A DNA stretch of 64,000 bases from the human T2T-CHM13v2.0 reference genome, Homo sapiens. A model generated the notes under the pieces. The model worked only from the letters and a program-made list of their open reading frames with translations. It ran no database searches and was not told where the DNA came from. Made by a program: the position numbers and the translations under genes. The first letter of the stretch is position 1, and each line of letters begins with the position of its first letter. The stretch lies in assembly GCF_009914755.1 (NCBI RefSeq), contig NC_060944.1; one strand, given 5' to 3'. Below, piece after piece: positions 14,001-28,882 of the stretch.

Positions 14001-16020
14001 TGGCTTCTCACTAAGGCGTCTTTATAGGGCTTATCAAAACGAAATCAAAAAGAAAGCTTTTGTCCTAATGCATGCCAGGGTCCTGCTGCTGCTCTGGAAA
14101 CATGTGGGTGCGTGCCACCCGCGAGAAAAACACACACTTCAAGAGGCACTGGAAACCCTGATGGTGTTCTGGGTCTCATGACCATCTGTTCTCATAGGAA
14201 AAGGCTCCAGACATGCTGTGTGGGGATATTTCACAAAGAGGCATGGTGAAGTGCGGCACTGCCTACATGCTGGGGTCCAGTCCTGTTGGCAGCACCAGAA
14301 CATGGGCGAGCATGAGGGGCAGACGTGGGAGTGGGACACATGCTGCCAAGCACCCTAGTGTGGCTATGTACAAGCTAGGGTGGGGAGGGGGTGCGGCAGA
14401 AGGCAGCTCCTCACGGCTTGAGTCCCAATCTTTGCCCCAGTTGGCTGCGGAACTGAATGAACTGCCCACTCACCCCAGCACTGTAAATGGTTACTCTCCT
14501 CATCCTTCCGATGACAAATCACCAAAAGGATGCGCTTTCATCTACCAGACCTCCCAGGCTCAGGTGCTGACTGTGGCCTACAAGGACAGCTATCTAAAAC
14601 ATCAAAAGCACTTTCCAGCTTCCTTCACGGACATGAGACTGCCTGCTCCCCAGAAAGATGGGTTTCAGTAACTCCTCCTTTGGCAGAATTTTTAAAGTTC
14701 TAGTCCTTAACTTCTACCTCCTGCCCCCATTTCTACCCACGGGGAAGGGCCACAGAAATAAAAGGGCATGGGAGGGGGGATGTTAGTTGCCTTTTCCTCT
14801 TTCCAGTGAAAGTCATTTCCCTCAATAGAGGGATCCCTCCATGTTTCCATGATTTGGAAGAGAAAGGTGGAGCTTATTCGTGAGCAACTTGGCCAGAACT
14901 GCCCACAGCCTACTACCCAGGAGGAGGAAGAGGAGGAGAGGGAGTGGGAAAAAAGAGGGAGGAGGAGGGGGAACAGAGGAAAGGGTGGGAAGGTTGAGAA
15001 AGGGGAAGGAGGAGGGGGAGGGAAGGTTATTCGTATCAACAACTGTGGCTACACCAATCACTGCCACCCTTGTGGGACCCACAGCCACTGAGTCTCCGCC
15101 AACTCAGCTCTCCCCCTCCCCCGCCCCCATACAAACCAGGACAAGCTTGTAAGGAGAAGGAGTAAGACAGCCCCAAGGCACACGACTCTGATGTCTGAAT
15201 TCTGGCTGGGGAGGGGGAGGTGTCTAAAATTTCCTTTGGCTTGTATTATCACTATGTATTAGCCTCCAGATGCTTATCTTTAAAATGAGGACGAGAAAAG
15301 TCTCTACTTCTAGAAGAGCTGGGGGACTAAATTACACGTGCAGCTTTCGGTCAGCCTGAGCCAGCGCTGTCACTGAGCCTTGGATTTGTAAGTGGCTCAA
15401 AAGTAAAAAGACGGAAGAAGGCCGTGCAGCTCTACTTCCCCCAAGGCCAGGAAGGGCCAAAGCAATGACTTAGGAAGTGGGATGTTTCCCCACCCTAGGC
15501 AAAGGGGCGAATTCCGAGTTCCCCGGAGGAAGCAGCAGCTCTGCAGACTCGGAATTACCTCGTCCTCATCTCCAGTGAAGGGAGGGATGGAAGTGGGGGC
15601 AGGGGCACAGAAATGGTACAAATCCTTCCTAATGGTCCCTGGCCAGAGCTCTGCCCATTCCTGAAAGTGTGACCTTGGGAAAGTGAGACCTTGGGAAAGT
15701 GACTTCGCCTCGCCAAGCCTCAGTTTCCTCATCTGTGCAGCGGGCATAAGGGCAGCATCTAAGGTGCAGAAATGCTTCTGACGGGTCAGATAACACCTAG
15801 CCCGCAGCCGACGCTCACAGCCGCCGATTCAGACCCGCCCGGGTTCCGCAAGCCCCAGGCTGCCCCTGAGCCACCGCCCAGGCCTCAGCCTCGGGCCATG
15901 CGGACCTCGCCGCCGCCACGCCCCGGACCCCAGGCCCCGGGCCCCCAGGCCTCGACGGCCAGCCGCACCCGGGCTGCGGACTGCGGCCCGGGCCCCCTCC
16001 CCGCTGGGCCCCCGACTCAC

Positions 16021-16068
16021 CGGTGTAGTGCACCACGCAGGTCTGGCCGCGCTTGGGGAAGGTGCGCC
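16021..16068 (-). CDS. FKBP1A: FKBP1A coding exon 2 (48 nt), [17 protein letters not shown]; later exons lie left of the window
   Basis: ctcctcag|GGCGCACCTTCCCCAAGCGCGGCCAGACCTGCGTGGTGCACTACACCG|gtgagt; in frame with exon 1. Confidence 0.98.
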
Positions 16069-16086
16069 CTGAGGAGACAGAGACGG

Positions 16087-16148
16087 GCATGCTGAGCCGA
16101 TGCGCGCGGCGGCAGAGGTACTCCGAGCCGCCGCGCGCCACTACTCAC
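16087..16148 (-). ncRNA. MIR6869: MIR6869 tailed mirtron in the 80-nt FKBP1A intron 1
   Basis: Intron begins GTGAGTAGTGGCGCGCGGCGGC (5p arm, 16148-16127), which can pair with CGCCGCGCGCATCGGCTCAGC (16111-16091). Both match the recalled miR-6869-5p/3p sequences. Confidence 0.8.
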
Positions 16149-16185
16149 CGTCTCCTGGGGAGATGGTTTCCACCTGCACTCCCAT
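16149..16185 (-). CDS. FKBP1A: FKBP1A (FKBP12 peptidyl-prolyl isomerase) coding exon 1, MGVQVETISPGD-G
   Basis: Minus strand reads gccgccgccATGGGAGTGCAGGTGGAAACCATCTCCCCAGGAGACG|gtgagt: strong Kozak context, FKBP12 N-terminus, canonical donor at 16148. Confidence 0.98.
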
Positions 16186-16763
16186 GGCGGCGGCGGACGC
16201 TGAGCGGGCGGGCGGCGCGACGGGCGGCGTGGACCAACAGCGACCTGGCGGCGGTTCCACGGCTCTGCCTAGTACCTCGGCGCGTCGCCTGCGCACGCGC
16301 ACGCCCCCTCACGCCCAGCCCTGCGTGCGCGCCCCACACGGCGCGCGACGTCCCGGAAACCCAGGCCTCCGGAAGAGGGACCGGAAGCCCAGAAGCCCCG
16401 AGACCTCCGGAAGCCCGGAGGCCTCCGGATACAGCTGTGTTTGCCGGGTGACTTGCTTCGTTCTCCTGCCCTTCCTCTGTGCTTCCAGCCGGTTAAGCAT
16501 CTCCCTGCCCAAAGAATGGGAGTAATAATAGGGGGTCCGCCAGTCACTGACTGGGTGACTGTCATCAGGTTTCCACTTAGAAGCACACAGTTACTCATCC
16601 TGGGAAGAGCATGGTTCTGAGAAGACAGCGCACAGGTGGTGGTAGTATGTTAGTATTTTATAAGTGGCTCAAGGTTGTAAGTTCTGCTTTTCTTCACTGG
16701 AGGAGGAGTTGTCCAAATTCATTCACTCACCCATAGCTTACATGCATACATTCTTATTGAGCA

Positions 16764-17194
16764 TGTGAAAGTTGATAATACGAATTGGGTCACTCTTCTT
16801 ATGCCCAACGGAATCAGAATCCAGGGGCCAGGGGAAAAGCACTGGAGGCACGCAGCGCCTGCTCCAAGAACCAATATTTCCACTAACTGCTGCGGAAATG
16901 GCCTGCTGTCCCCCTGAGACCAGATTCAGCTAGTAACTGCTGAAACAACCCGCCATAACCTAATACTAGTTTTACTTACCACTGTCAGTCACCAATCAGA
17001 GCTTGCCAGCTCCCTGAAACTTTACTAGTGCCAATGCATTTCCCTTTCTAATAAAACGCCCAGCCTTCTCTTTGTTTTTCGGACATACCAAAGACCACCA
17101 GATCTGTGTGTATGCTCCGAGTTGCGATTCTCGCTTCCCCAAATAAAACATTACATTTAGAGATTCATCTCCATATTTTATTTTGACTTTGACA
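16764..17194 (+). mobile_element. Solo ERV1-class LTR (MER34/MER39-like) inserted in an L2
   Basis: TG...CA, 4-bp TSD AGCA (16760, 17195), CCAAT and AATAAA motifs. Confidence 0.75.
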
Positions 17195-17643
17195 AGCACC
17201 TTCTGTATGTCATGTACTGTGCTAGGTGCTGAGGATACAGCGGTGAAGGAGTCAGACTTAGTCCCTGACCTCACAGAATCTACGTATGATGTGGGAGAGA
17301 TAATCAAATAACCTGTTTAAGTAAAAAAAGATACGGAATAAATGTAAAGTTTCAAATCTGTAATATTATGAGACAGTAATACATGCTGTGAGGGGCGTGT
17401 TAATATAACAGAGATGCCTCACTTAGTCTGGAATGTGGTCAGATATTTCCCTGAGTTAGCCAGGTTTAGCCAGGTTTAGCCAAGGTTAGAAGGCCAATTG
17501 TGTGTATGTGTTGGGGTAAGGGGAGGCAGAAGGAGCAGTACCTGCAGAGGCACTGTAACGCAAGAGAACACTGTGACATGGTCTAGGACATAAGGAGGCA
17601 CATGTGACTAATCTTTCTCTGATCTGTGTGTGTGTGTGCTTCT

Positions 17644-18327
17644 GCATTAGTCGATTCTCACACTGCTATAAAGAATACCTGAGGCTGGGCACGGTGGCTC
17701 ATGCCTGTAATCCCAGCACTTTGGGAAGCTGAGGCGGGCAGATCACTTGAGGCCAGGCGTTCAAGACCAGCCTGGCCAACATGGTGAAACCCAGTTTCTA
17801 CTAAAAATACAAAAAAATTAGCCAGGCATGGTGGCACAGGCTTGTAATCCCAGCCACTTGAGAGGCTGAGGCATAAGAATTGCTTAAACCAGGAGGCGGA
17901 GGTTGTAGTGAGCCAAGATTGCACCTCTGCATTCCAGCCTGGGTGACAGAGTGAGAACCAGTCTCAAAAAAAAAAAAAAAAAAAAAAAATTCCTGAGACT
18001 GGGTAATTTATGGAGGAAAGAGGTTTAATTGACTCACAGTTCTGCATGGCTGGGAATCCTCAGGAAACTTACAATCATGGCAGAAGGGGAAGCAGGCATA
18101 TCTTACACAGCAGCAGGCACGAGAGAGAGTATGTGAAGAGGAACTGTCAAACACCTATAAAACCATCATTTCTCATGAGAATGCACTCACTACCATGAGA
18201 ACAGCATGGGGGAAACCACCCCCACCATCCAATCACCTCCCACCGGGTCCCTCCCTTGACCTCAGGATTATAGGGATTACAATTCAAGATAAGATTTGGG
18301 TGGGGACACAGAACTAAACCATACCAG
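17644..18327. mobile_element. MST/THE1 (MaLR) LTR interrupted by AluS (17682-17988, +)
   Basis: cacactgctataaagaatacctgag[Alu]actgggtaatttat...gatttgggtggggacacag. Confidence 0.85.
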
Positions 18328-19988
18328 CTCCTGTAGTGTTTTAAACATGACCTCACAGTTTTTTGACACCCCAACCCTCATCTATGTCCCCTTTCCTAAA
18401 ATCTCAGTGAGCTCGTGACTGCTTTGGAAATTTTAATGTAGTAAGAATACAGGCTGTAACAGAACCAAATTAACTGTGGCTGAAAAGAGGCTGAAGTTGC
18501 TGTCTCTCTCATGTAACAGTTCAGAGGCAGGTGGTTCAGTGCAGGTAGGACTTCACAGGCTGCCCAGGGACTCATCCTTCTTCTACTTGTGGCTCCCCAT
18601 CCTTAGAATCCTACCCTCATATGCATGGTCCAAGTTGGCTCTCCAACATATTTTCATCTCAGCTAGTGGGAAGGGGGAAAGGAGGAATGGGGGGTACATT
18701 CCCTTTTCCTTTAAGGGTACGACTTAGAATTGCACACATCTCTTCCCGTTATACTTCACATTGACTATAACTTAGTTATATGGTCAAATTTAGCTGCATG
18801 GGAGGCTAGGGAATAAAGTCTTCATTCTGGGTGTACACACACCCAACTAAAATCAGAGGTTCTGTGCTCATAGAATGGAAGAATGGAGATCGAAAGATGA
18901 AATTAAAAAGAGGGCCCCAGCAGTCGCCAGGACACTGCTTCACACCACCTAGAGAAAATCAGACTGCAGCGAGAATAAATGATGGAGAATGAGAGCAACC
19001 AGGGGCGAGAGAGTTCCTGGATTCCGTTTTCCCTGAAGCCTAGCAGAATAAGGCTTGCCTCACATTCATCCTGTGGTCTCTCTCATGGCTCTGAATTGGG
19101 TATCGGTTCAAAACATAGACCTGCCTTTGAGACAGTGGCCATCTCAATCCATGGATATAAGCTTTGTTTATATAGATGGGGGTTCCCCAAGAACCTCACA
19201 TTTGCACCACTTCTTCCTCAGTGCTTTGGGAAAACACAGGAAAGCATGTAGCTATCAGTTCTGCCACCAGACCTAAGATGAATTGGACCTGGGGACAAGG
19301 GGCACTTATTAAGCATTTATCTGATTTTTTGAAGTAACTGGGAGAGTTCCTTTCTAAATTAATTTAGATTCTGTTTATATATAGCCTAGTTATTAACAAC
19401 TCTGTTAAGTAGTTAAGTTCTTTGGGATCACCCTTAGCAAACCAGAACAAAAAACAGAAAGAGTGAGTGACTCTAAGAGATGGAACTGGGAGAAAGAGCA
19501 GGAGATTCTGACTTTCATTTAATATCATTCTGAACTGATTAAATTTATTTTCACTCTCTTTGTGTAACAGGAGACAGGGAATCATTTCAGTCTGAAGTCA
19601 TAAGCATCCCTCATGACAAGGGGAAGTGACTCCCTCCCTGAAGTTCTAAAACCTGAAAAATGGGGGTTGGATTTCCTTTGGTTTATCCTGTTTGTGGTTT
19701 ACTCAGCTTCCTGAGTCTATAGGTGTATGCCTTTCACCACATTTGGGAAGTTTTCAGCCATTATTTCTTCAGATATTTTCTTCTGCTCCATTCTGTTTCT
19801 CCTGTTCTTCTCAGATCCTGGTAACACGAACATTAGATATTTTGGAATTGTCTCACAGGTGCCTGAAGTTCTGTTCAGCTCCCCCCAGTCCTTTTTCTCT
19901 GTTGTTCAGATTGGATAATTTCTATTTTTCTATCTTTGAGATCACTGGCATGTTTCCCTGCAATCTCCATTCTGCTATTGTACCCATC

Positions 19989-20422
19989 TGTTGGGAGCTG
20001 AAAAGGCCAAAGGGATTGTGACCAACTCAGCATTCCACTGAAGGATATATGATCAAACAGCAAACTGTTTATCATGAATGCAGGATGTGGGCAAACTCAC
20101 AACTGCGCCTGCTGCCAGGAGGTTTGCTGAGGGCCCTGGCGCCATGCTCATTGAGATTATCTACTGGGACATCTAGATCCTATTGTTCAAAGACTGCAGT
20201 CTTGCAAGCCTGCTGTAAATCAAACTGCTAACCGACAATCACCCCCCACTTCTTGCTATCTCTTTTGCCTAATAAATGTGAAGGGCTCTAAAGCTCAGGC
20301 CCCCTGTTTACCAGAAGCAAGGAGCCCCCTGACCCCTTCTTTCAAATATGCTCTCTTGTCTTTGTCTTTTATTCCCATGTTTGCCCCCTTTGTTCAGTCC
20401 CCCAAGGTCTGTGCAGGTGACA
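19989..20422 (+). repeat. 5' LTR (LTR3-type)
   Basis: TGTTGGGAGCTG...GGTGACA, 434 bp, roughly 91-92% identical to the 3' LTR by hand alignment. Confidence 0.93.
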
Positions 20423-20424
20423 AG

Positions 20425-20444
20425 TGGCGACCCAGAACAGGGAC
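20425..20444 (+). promoter_or_regulatory. Primer binding site, tRNA-Lys(UUU) type
   Basis: TGGCGACCCAGAACAGGGAC versus Lys3 PBS TGGCGCCCGAACAGGGAC (two single-base insertions), 2 nt after the LTR CA. Confidence 0.85.
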
Positions 20445-20671
20445 TCCAAGGATGTCGGACACGTGGCATCTGAACACAGCGACTTTGAAGACGTGAATGA
20501 AGAAGCTCTGCTGGAGCAGAGGAATTGAAATTGACAAGATGAACGGGGACCCCAGGATGAGTCTGCTGGCAGCAGATAGAAGGTCAGTGCCCTAAAGAGG
20601 TACTGGGAACGATATAAGGTCAGTGCTCTAAAGAAGTACTTGGAATGGGAAGTTTTCTGAATCAGGGTAAC

Positions 20672-22215
20672 ATGAAGCAGAATTTGTCTATTGAAGAAAA
20701 ACATCATGTGCAGTTGCTTAAAGTTCTGTTGAGACAGTCTGGAGCTCAGGTTAATTCGCAGGCACTAACTAACCTCCTGCAGAAGCCACAAAAGGTTATT
20801 ACGCATAACCCATGGTTTCCACAGGCAGGCACTCTTGATGTGGAAAATTGGGATAGACCAGGAGAAGGATTAAAACAGGCTCATCAAAAAGGTCCTAAAG
20901 TTGATTCTTCTGTTTTCTCCACTTGGAGTCTAGTTCGTACTGTTCTTCTGCTATCTCCTTATTATTCTGCTGGACAGCAGGCTGAGTCTAAAAAATCTGA
21001 AAGAATCTGTTGTCCCACCCACAGCTCCAATTGAAAATAAAAAATGGAGAGGGAGGATAAAAATTGGCCTACACCGCCCCCTCCAGTTGCAGAAACATCT
21101 GTACCGCCTCCTTTGGTAGCAGAAATAGTGACCCCAATACAAAGAATTTTATGCTCTGCTGCCATAGCTAAGGGGAGCCCTTAGGACCTTGTACTTTTCC
21201 TATTTCTGTAAGTGTAACGAGTGTAGCTAATAATGGGGTACAGAGCCCATTCACTTTAGGATTGGTAGAATCTGCATTTGGTGCTATGTGTCTTCTACCC
21301 TTTGATGTAAAACACTTGGCTCAAACTTGCTTGTCTGCTAGTGCATATCTGACGTGGTATTTAAATTGGCAAGAACTGTGTGCAGACCAGGCTAGACAGA
21401 ACCATATTGCTGGACATGGAGACATTACAGAGGATATGCTATTGGGTAATGGCCCTTATTCAGACCTGGAACGTCAAATGGCACTCCCAGACGCTGCTTA
21501 TCAGCAGTGTGCACAGGCTGCTAAACACACCTGGGCCACAATTCCTGAAGAGGGAGTCCCAGTACTGTCCTTTTTACATATCATGCAAGGGTCACAGGAA
21601 CCCTACGCGCAGTTTCTTGCAAGATTACAAGAGGCAGTGAAGCATCAAATTCCTCTTGCCACTGCCACGGAAATGCTAACCTTAACTTTAGCTTTTGAGA
21701 ATGCAAACGCAGATTGTAAACGTGCACTGGCACCTGTGAGGTGTACAAAAAACTTTTCTCAGAGCTTGTCAGGATGTAGGAACTGAGCTTCATGGGTCTT
21801 CAATGTTAGCGCAAGCAATGGCTAATCTAGCAGTTGACAAATCTAAAAGGAGCCAAGGATTAAGCCCTAAAGTAGGAAAATGTTATAATTGTGGAAAAAC
21901 TGGACATTTTAAAAAGGAATGCTGCCAGATCTCAGGACAGAAAGGATCTTATAATGCAGTACCCCTCCCTCCATAGTGGAAAACATGCCAGGACTCTCCT
22001 CGCTGTAACAAAGGAAATCACTGGGGTAATCAGTGCCGCTCAAGATTTCATCAGAATGGCATCCCCCACTGTCGGGAAACGAGAAGGGGGCCTGGACCTG
22101 GGTCCCTCAAACAATGAGGGCATTCCCAGTTCAGACCACAACCCCATTTCAGGGGCGGGTCCCAGGAGAAACATTGATTCCCTCATTCCAGGAACACCCA
22201 GAAGTGCAGGATTAG
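20672..22215 (+). pseudogene. gag: HML-6 gag remnant (MA, PTAP late domain, CA with MHR, two CCHC knuckles), frameshifted and deleted
   Basis: MKQNLSIEEK..NPWFPQAGTLDVENW; PTAP at 21018-21029; MHR IMQGSQEPYAQFLARL; CYNCGKTGHFKKEC near 21881. Confidence 0.9.
22074..22125 (+). promoter_or_regulatory. gag-pro -1 ribosomal frameshift site
   Basis: Slippery heptamer GGGAAAC at 22074-22080, then a GGGGCC...GGTCCC stem, as in the betaretroviral (SRV-1/HML-2 type) gag-pro pseudoknot. Confidence 0.75.
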
Positions 22216-23010
22216 ATCTCCCAGTCAGAGAACAGGTAATGTTAGTTGGTGGAGACAAACCTATCAAAATTCCCACTGGCATCTGGGGACCTTTACCAGC
22301 AGGATACAGGGGACTAATTTTAGGCAAAAGCCACCTTAACTTGCAAAGCATTACTGTAGTCCCAGGAGTTGTTGACTCTGATTATGAAGGAGAAATTCAA
22401 GTAGTTTTAATGTCACAAGATCTTTGGGTTTTTGAACTGGGAGAATATATAGCACAATTATTGCTTATTCCCTGCAAATTATACCCTTCTCCACTAAAGG
22501 AGAAACAAGGAAATAAAGGGTTTGGGAGCACAACTACACGAGAAATCTATTTATCACAATCTATAGCCTCTAGTAGGCCCACCTGTGTAGTACAAATTAA
22601 AGGAAAGAAATTTTATGGGCTTATGGACACAAGAGCTGATGTGTCAGTAATATCCAGTAAGGACTGGCCCCCAGCATGGCCTCTCAGAATAACTGCCACA
22701 TCCCTAGTGGGAGTAGGAGCAGCTAAAAGTGTTCAACAGAGTGCTGAGATTTTTATCTTGTCTTGGTCTGGATGGACAATCATGTACTTTTCAGCCTTAT
22801 GTTGAAAATATAGCTATCAATTTATGGCTATAAATTGATAGCCATATCAGTTTATCGAGATTTACAGCATGGGATATGAGACTTACATATGAAAACTTTG
22901 ATAACCCAGGATTTAAAATGTTGAAGGACATGGGATATCAGAGTGGGAAAGGTTTAGGGAAATCCCTACAAGGAAACCCTAACCCGATATCAGTAACTGG
23001 AAAGGCAGGT
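22074..23010 (+). pseudogene. pro: HML-6 pro remnant: dUTPase, aspartic protease (DTG changed to DTR) and G-patch
   Basis: SAGLDL, GVVDSDYEG, IAQLL, GFGST; GLMDTRADVS; GFKMLKDMGYQSGKGLGK near 22908-22960. Confidence 0.92.
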
Positions 23011-24009
23011 TAAACCCCGCAGGGAGATTCTTCTTTAGATTCCCCGCGGCAATTAACCAGAGGCAGAAGTTGAGTTCGGCAATGGCATGCCTCCCAGCTA
23101 CAGCTACAGAAACCTTTGATTTCATTATCCCTCAGACAAAATTTTGCAGTTTTATAAAGTCCATTCTTTCATTCTTCCTGTGATTACTCATCACAAGCTT
23201 ATTCCAGGTGGCCAGACTTATTTTACTGATGGCTCTTCCAAAGGTCATGCAGCTATTTATGGACCTAAACATACTCAAACAATAATGACCTCTGGGGTTT
23301 CAGCTCAACACTCAGAGTTGATTGCAGTCATTCAGGTTTTACAGCTCACAGCTGCAGATCCTATCAACATTGTCTGTGATTCAGCTTATGTTGTGAATGT
23401 AACCAGTCGCATAGAAACTGCTACAATTAAAAGTACTCTAGACCCCGAACTGCTTAATTTGTTTCACTTATTCTCATATGCTGCCTGCTACATGCCAAAC
23501 AGGTGAGACAGCTGGTCATGTACGGCCACATTGTCTGTCATCATTTGCTCATATGGGGATTCCTAAACTATTAAAAACTGACAATGGACCCGCTTATACT
23601 AGTCATGCTTTTCAAAATTTCTTACAGCTTTGGGCTATAACCCATAAAACAGGAATTCCTTACATCCCTTGAGGACAAGCATTATAGAGCGGGTACATCA
23701 AACATTACAATGTATGTTGAATAAACAAAAAGGGGGAGTAGGAGACCAGTTACCACCTCAAACAAAATTACATTTAGCTTTATTTACTTTAAATTTTTTG
23801 ATTCCTGGTATGGATGGTAAGACTCCAGCAGAAAGACATTGGCAAGTGTTAGAGGAAAAGAGGAAAGTGTATCCAAAAGTGTTATGGAAATCCCCAGAAG
23901 AAGGACAATGGAAAGGTCTGGTGGCTTTACTGACATGGGGAAGAGGGTATGCTTGTGTTTTTACAGGAGATGGACAAACTGTGTGGTTGCCCTCAAGGTG
24001 TGTGTGACC

Positions 24010-25440
<1,431 letters not shown>

Positions 25441-25451
25441 GAATGGGGGAA

Positions 25452-25895
25452 TGTTGGGAGCTGAAAAGGCCAAAGGGATCATGACCAACTCAGCATTCCA
25501 CTGGAGGCTATATGATCAAACAGCAAACTGTTTATCATGAATGCAGGATGTGGGCAAACCCACGACTGCGCCTGCTGCCAGGAGGTTTGCCAAGAGCAAT
25601 CACTCCCTGGCGCCATGCTCATTGAGGTTGTCTACTGGGACATCCAGAGCCTATCGTTTGAAGAATGCAGTCTTGCAAGCCTGCTGTAAATCAAACTGCT
25701 GACCAACAATCACCATCACCTCTTCTCACTATCTCTTTTGCCTAATAAATGCGAAGGGCTCTAAAGCTCAGGGCCCTTGTTCACTAGAAGCAAGGAGCCC
25801 CCTGACCCCTTCTTTCAAATATACTCTCTTGTCTTCGTCTTTTATTCCCATGTTTGCCCCCTTTGTTCAGCCCCCCAAGGTCCATGCAGGTTACA
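25452..25895 (+). repeat. 3' LTR (LTR3-type), preceded by the polypurine tract
   Basis: AGAATGGGGGAA then TGTTGGGAGCTG...GGTTACA, 444 bp. Confidence 0.93.
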
Positions 25896-27032
25896 AGCCC
25901 ATCCGGGAATTTGTTCTTGTTGTTCTCATTTTATTTTTTAGTTCTAACATTTCCACTTTATTCTTCCTTATATGTTCTATTTTATTTGCTTCAACTTTCC
26001 ATCTTGGCTGAGTGTGGTGGTTCACACCTGTAATCCCTGCACTTTGGGAGGATGAGGCAGGCAGATTGCTTGAGACCAAGAGTTTGAGCAACAGCAAAGG
26101 TGTGTCTCTAAGCTAAAACACCTACAGCCTCAAAAGCAGAATGTGCATTCTGAAAGGGCCTCTGCAAATCTGAAGTTTGGAAACATAGCTGAGATGGATG
26201 GGGTCTGAGGTCCCCAAGGTGGAACTGCCAAAACTCCCAACCACCTTCTTCTCCCTTTGAGCTCCTATGGCTCTCATCTTTTACTCAATGGAGAAAACCT
26301 TCTGGATTTGAAGTATCAAATGTATAAATGTCTGACAGTATCTTGACTGTATATTCTATACCTTAAAGGGTTTAAGAATTCTGGTTAAGGGACAGTCTCT
26401 AATGGTGAAATTTCAGACATTCATCAGTAGATGGAGTTGATACATTTGAGCCTTATCACAGTCTTAGGAGGCTCCAGGAATCAGAGACATGGTCTCCACT
26501 TAAATGCCCATATCTTCTCCTCAAAGAAGCTTCCAATGGGCTGCCCAGGTTCTGCTTGAATATCTCCACTGACAGGGAAGCCACTACCTCCAGGAGTAGA
26601 AGCTTTCACCTTTGGATAGTCTGTGTATTGAGTGAAAAGGCCTGCGGGAATGGGGATTAGACCAGCTCTTGTGCTTGTGGGTGGAAGTGAGTACATGAGG
26701 CCAACTCTGAAGGTCCTAAATTTGATGGGCAGCAGGAGGGGGAGGGGAGATGCCTTGCTGTGTCAGTATCATCAGGGTGTGGCTGGGACTGTCTAGTACT
26801 GCACAAAACATAAGGCTTGGGTGAAACTGTAGCCAAAACTCTTACAAATTCTATGGTGGACATTTGGTGACATTTGTCTTTTCCAGTAATAGCACTTTGG
26901 TTTTCATTTGGGGAAGCACTCCTTCTCCACTCTTGGCCATGATGTTCAAGTGGAACTAATGCAACACTCAGCTGCAGGAGTGGTCATGTGACTCAAGCCC
27001 TTAAATACAGTGACTGATTTAGGAATGGACAT

Positions 27033-28882
<1,850 letters not shown>

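Larger units (their letters stand above)
15790..16450. promoter_or_regulatory. CpG island / FKBP1A promoter (TSS about 16260-16300, minus strand)
   Basis: Very GC- and CpG-rich. NRF1 consensus TGCGCACGCGCA at 16290-16301; ETS/GABP-type CCGGAA cores at 16353, 16369, 16381 and 16407; no obvious TATA box. Confidence 0.9.

Noticed and set aside
14849-15152. Glu/Gly/Arg-rich ORFs
   Set aside because: Translation artefacts of the GA-rich low-complexity tract.
15772-16598. Several 100-140 aa ORFs over the CpG island
   Set aside because: Stop-poor GC-rich DNA; only the two FKBP1A exons are real coding sequence.
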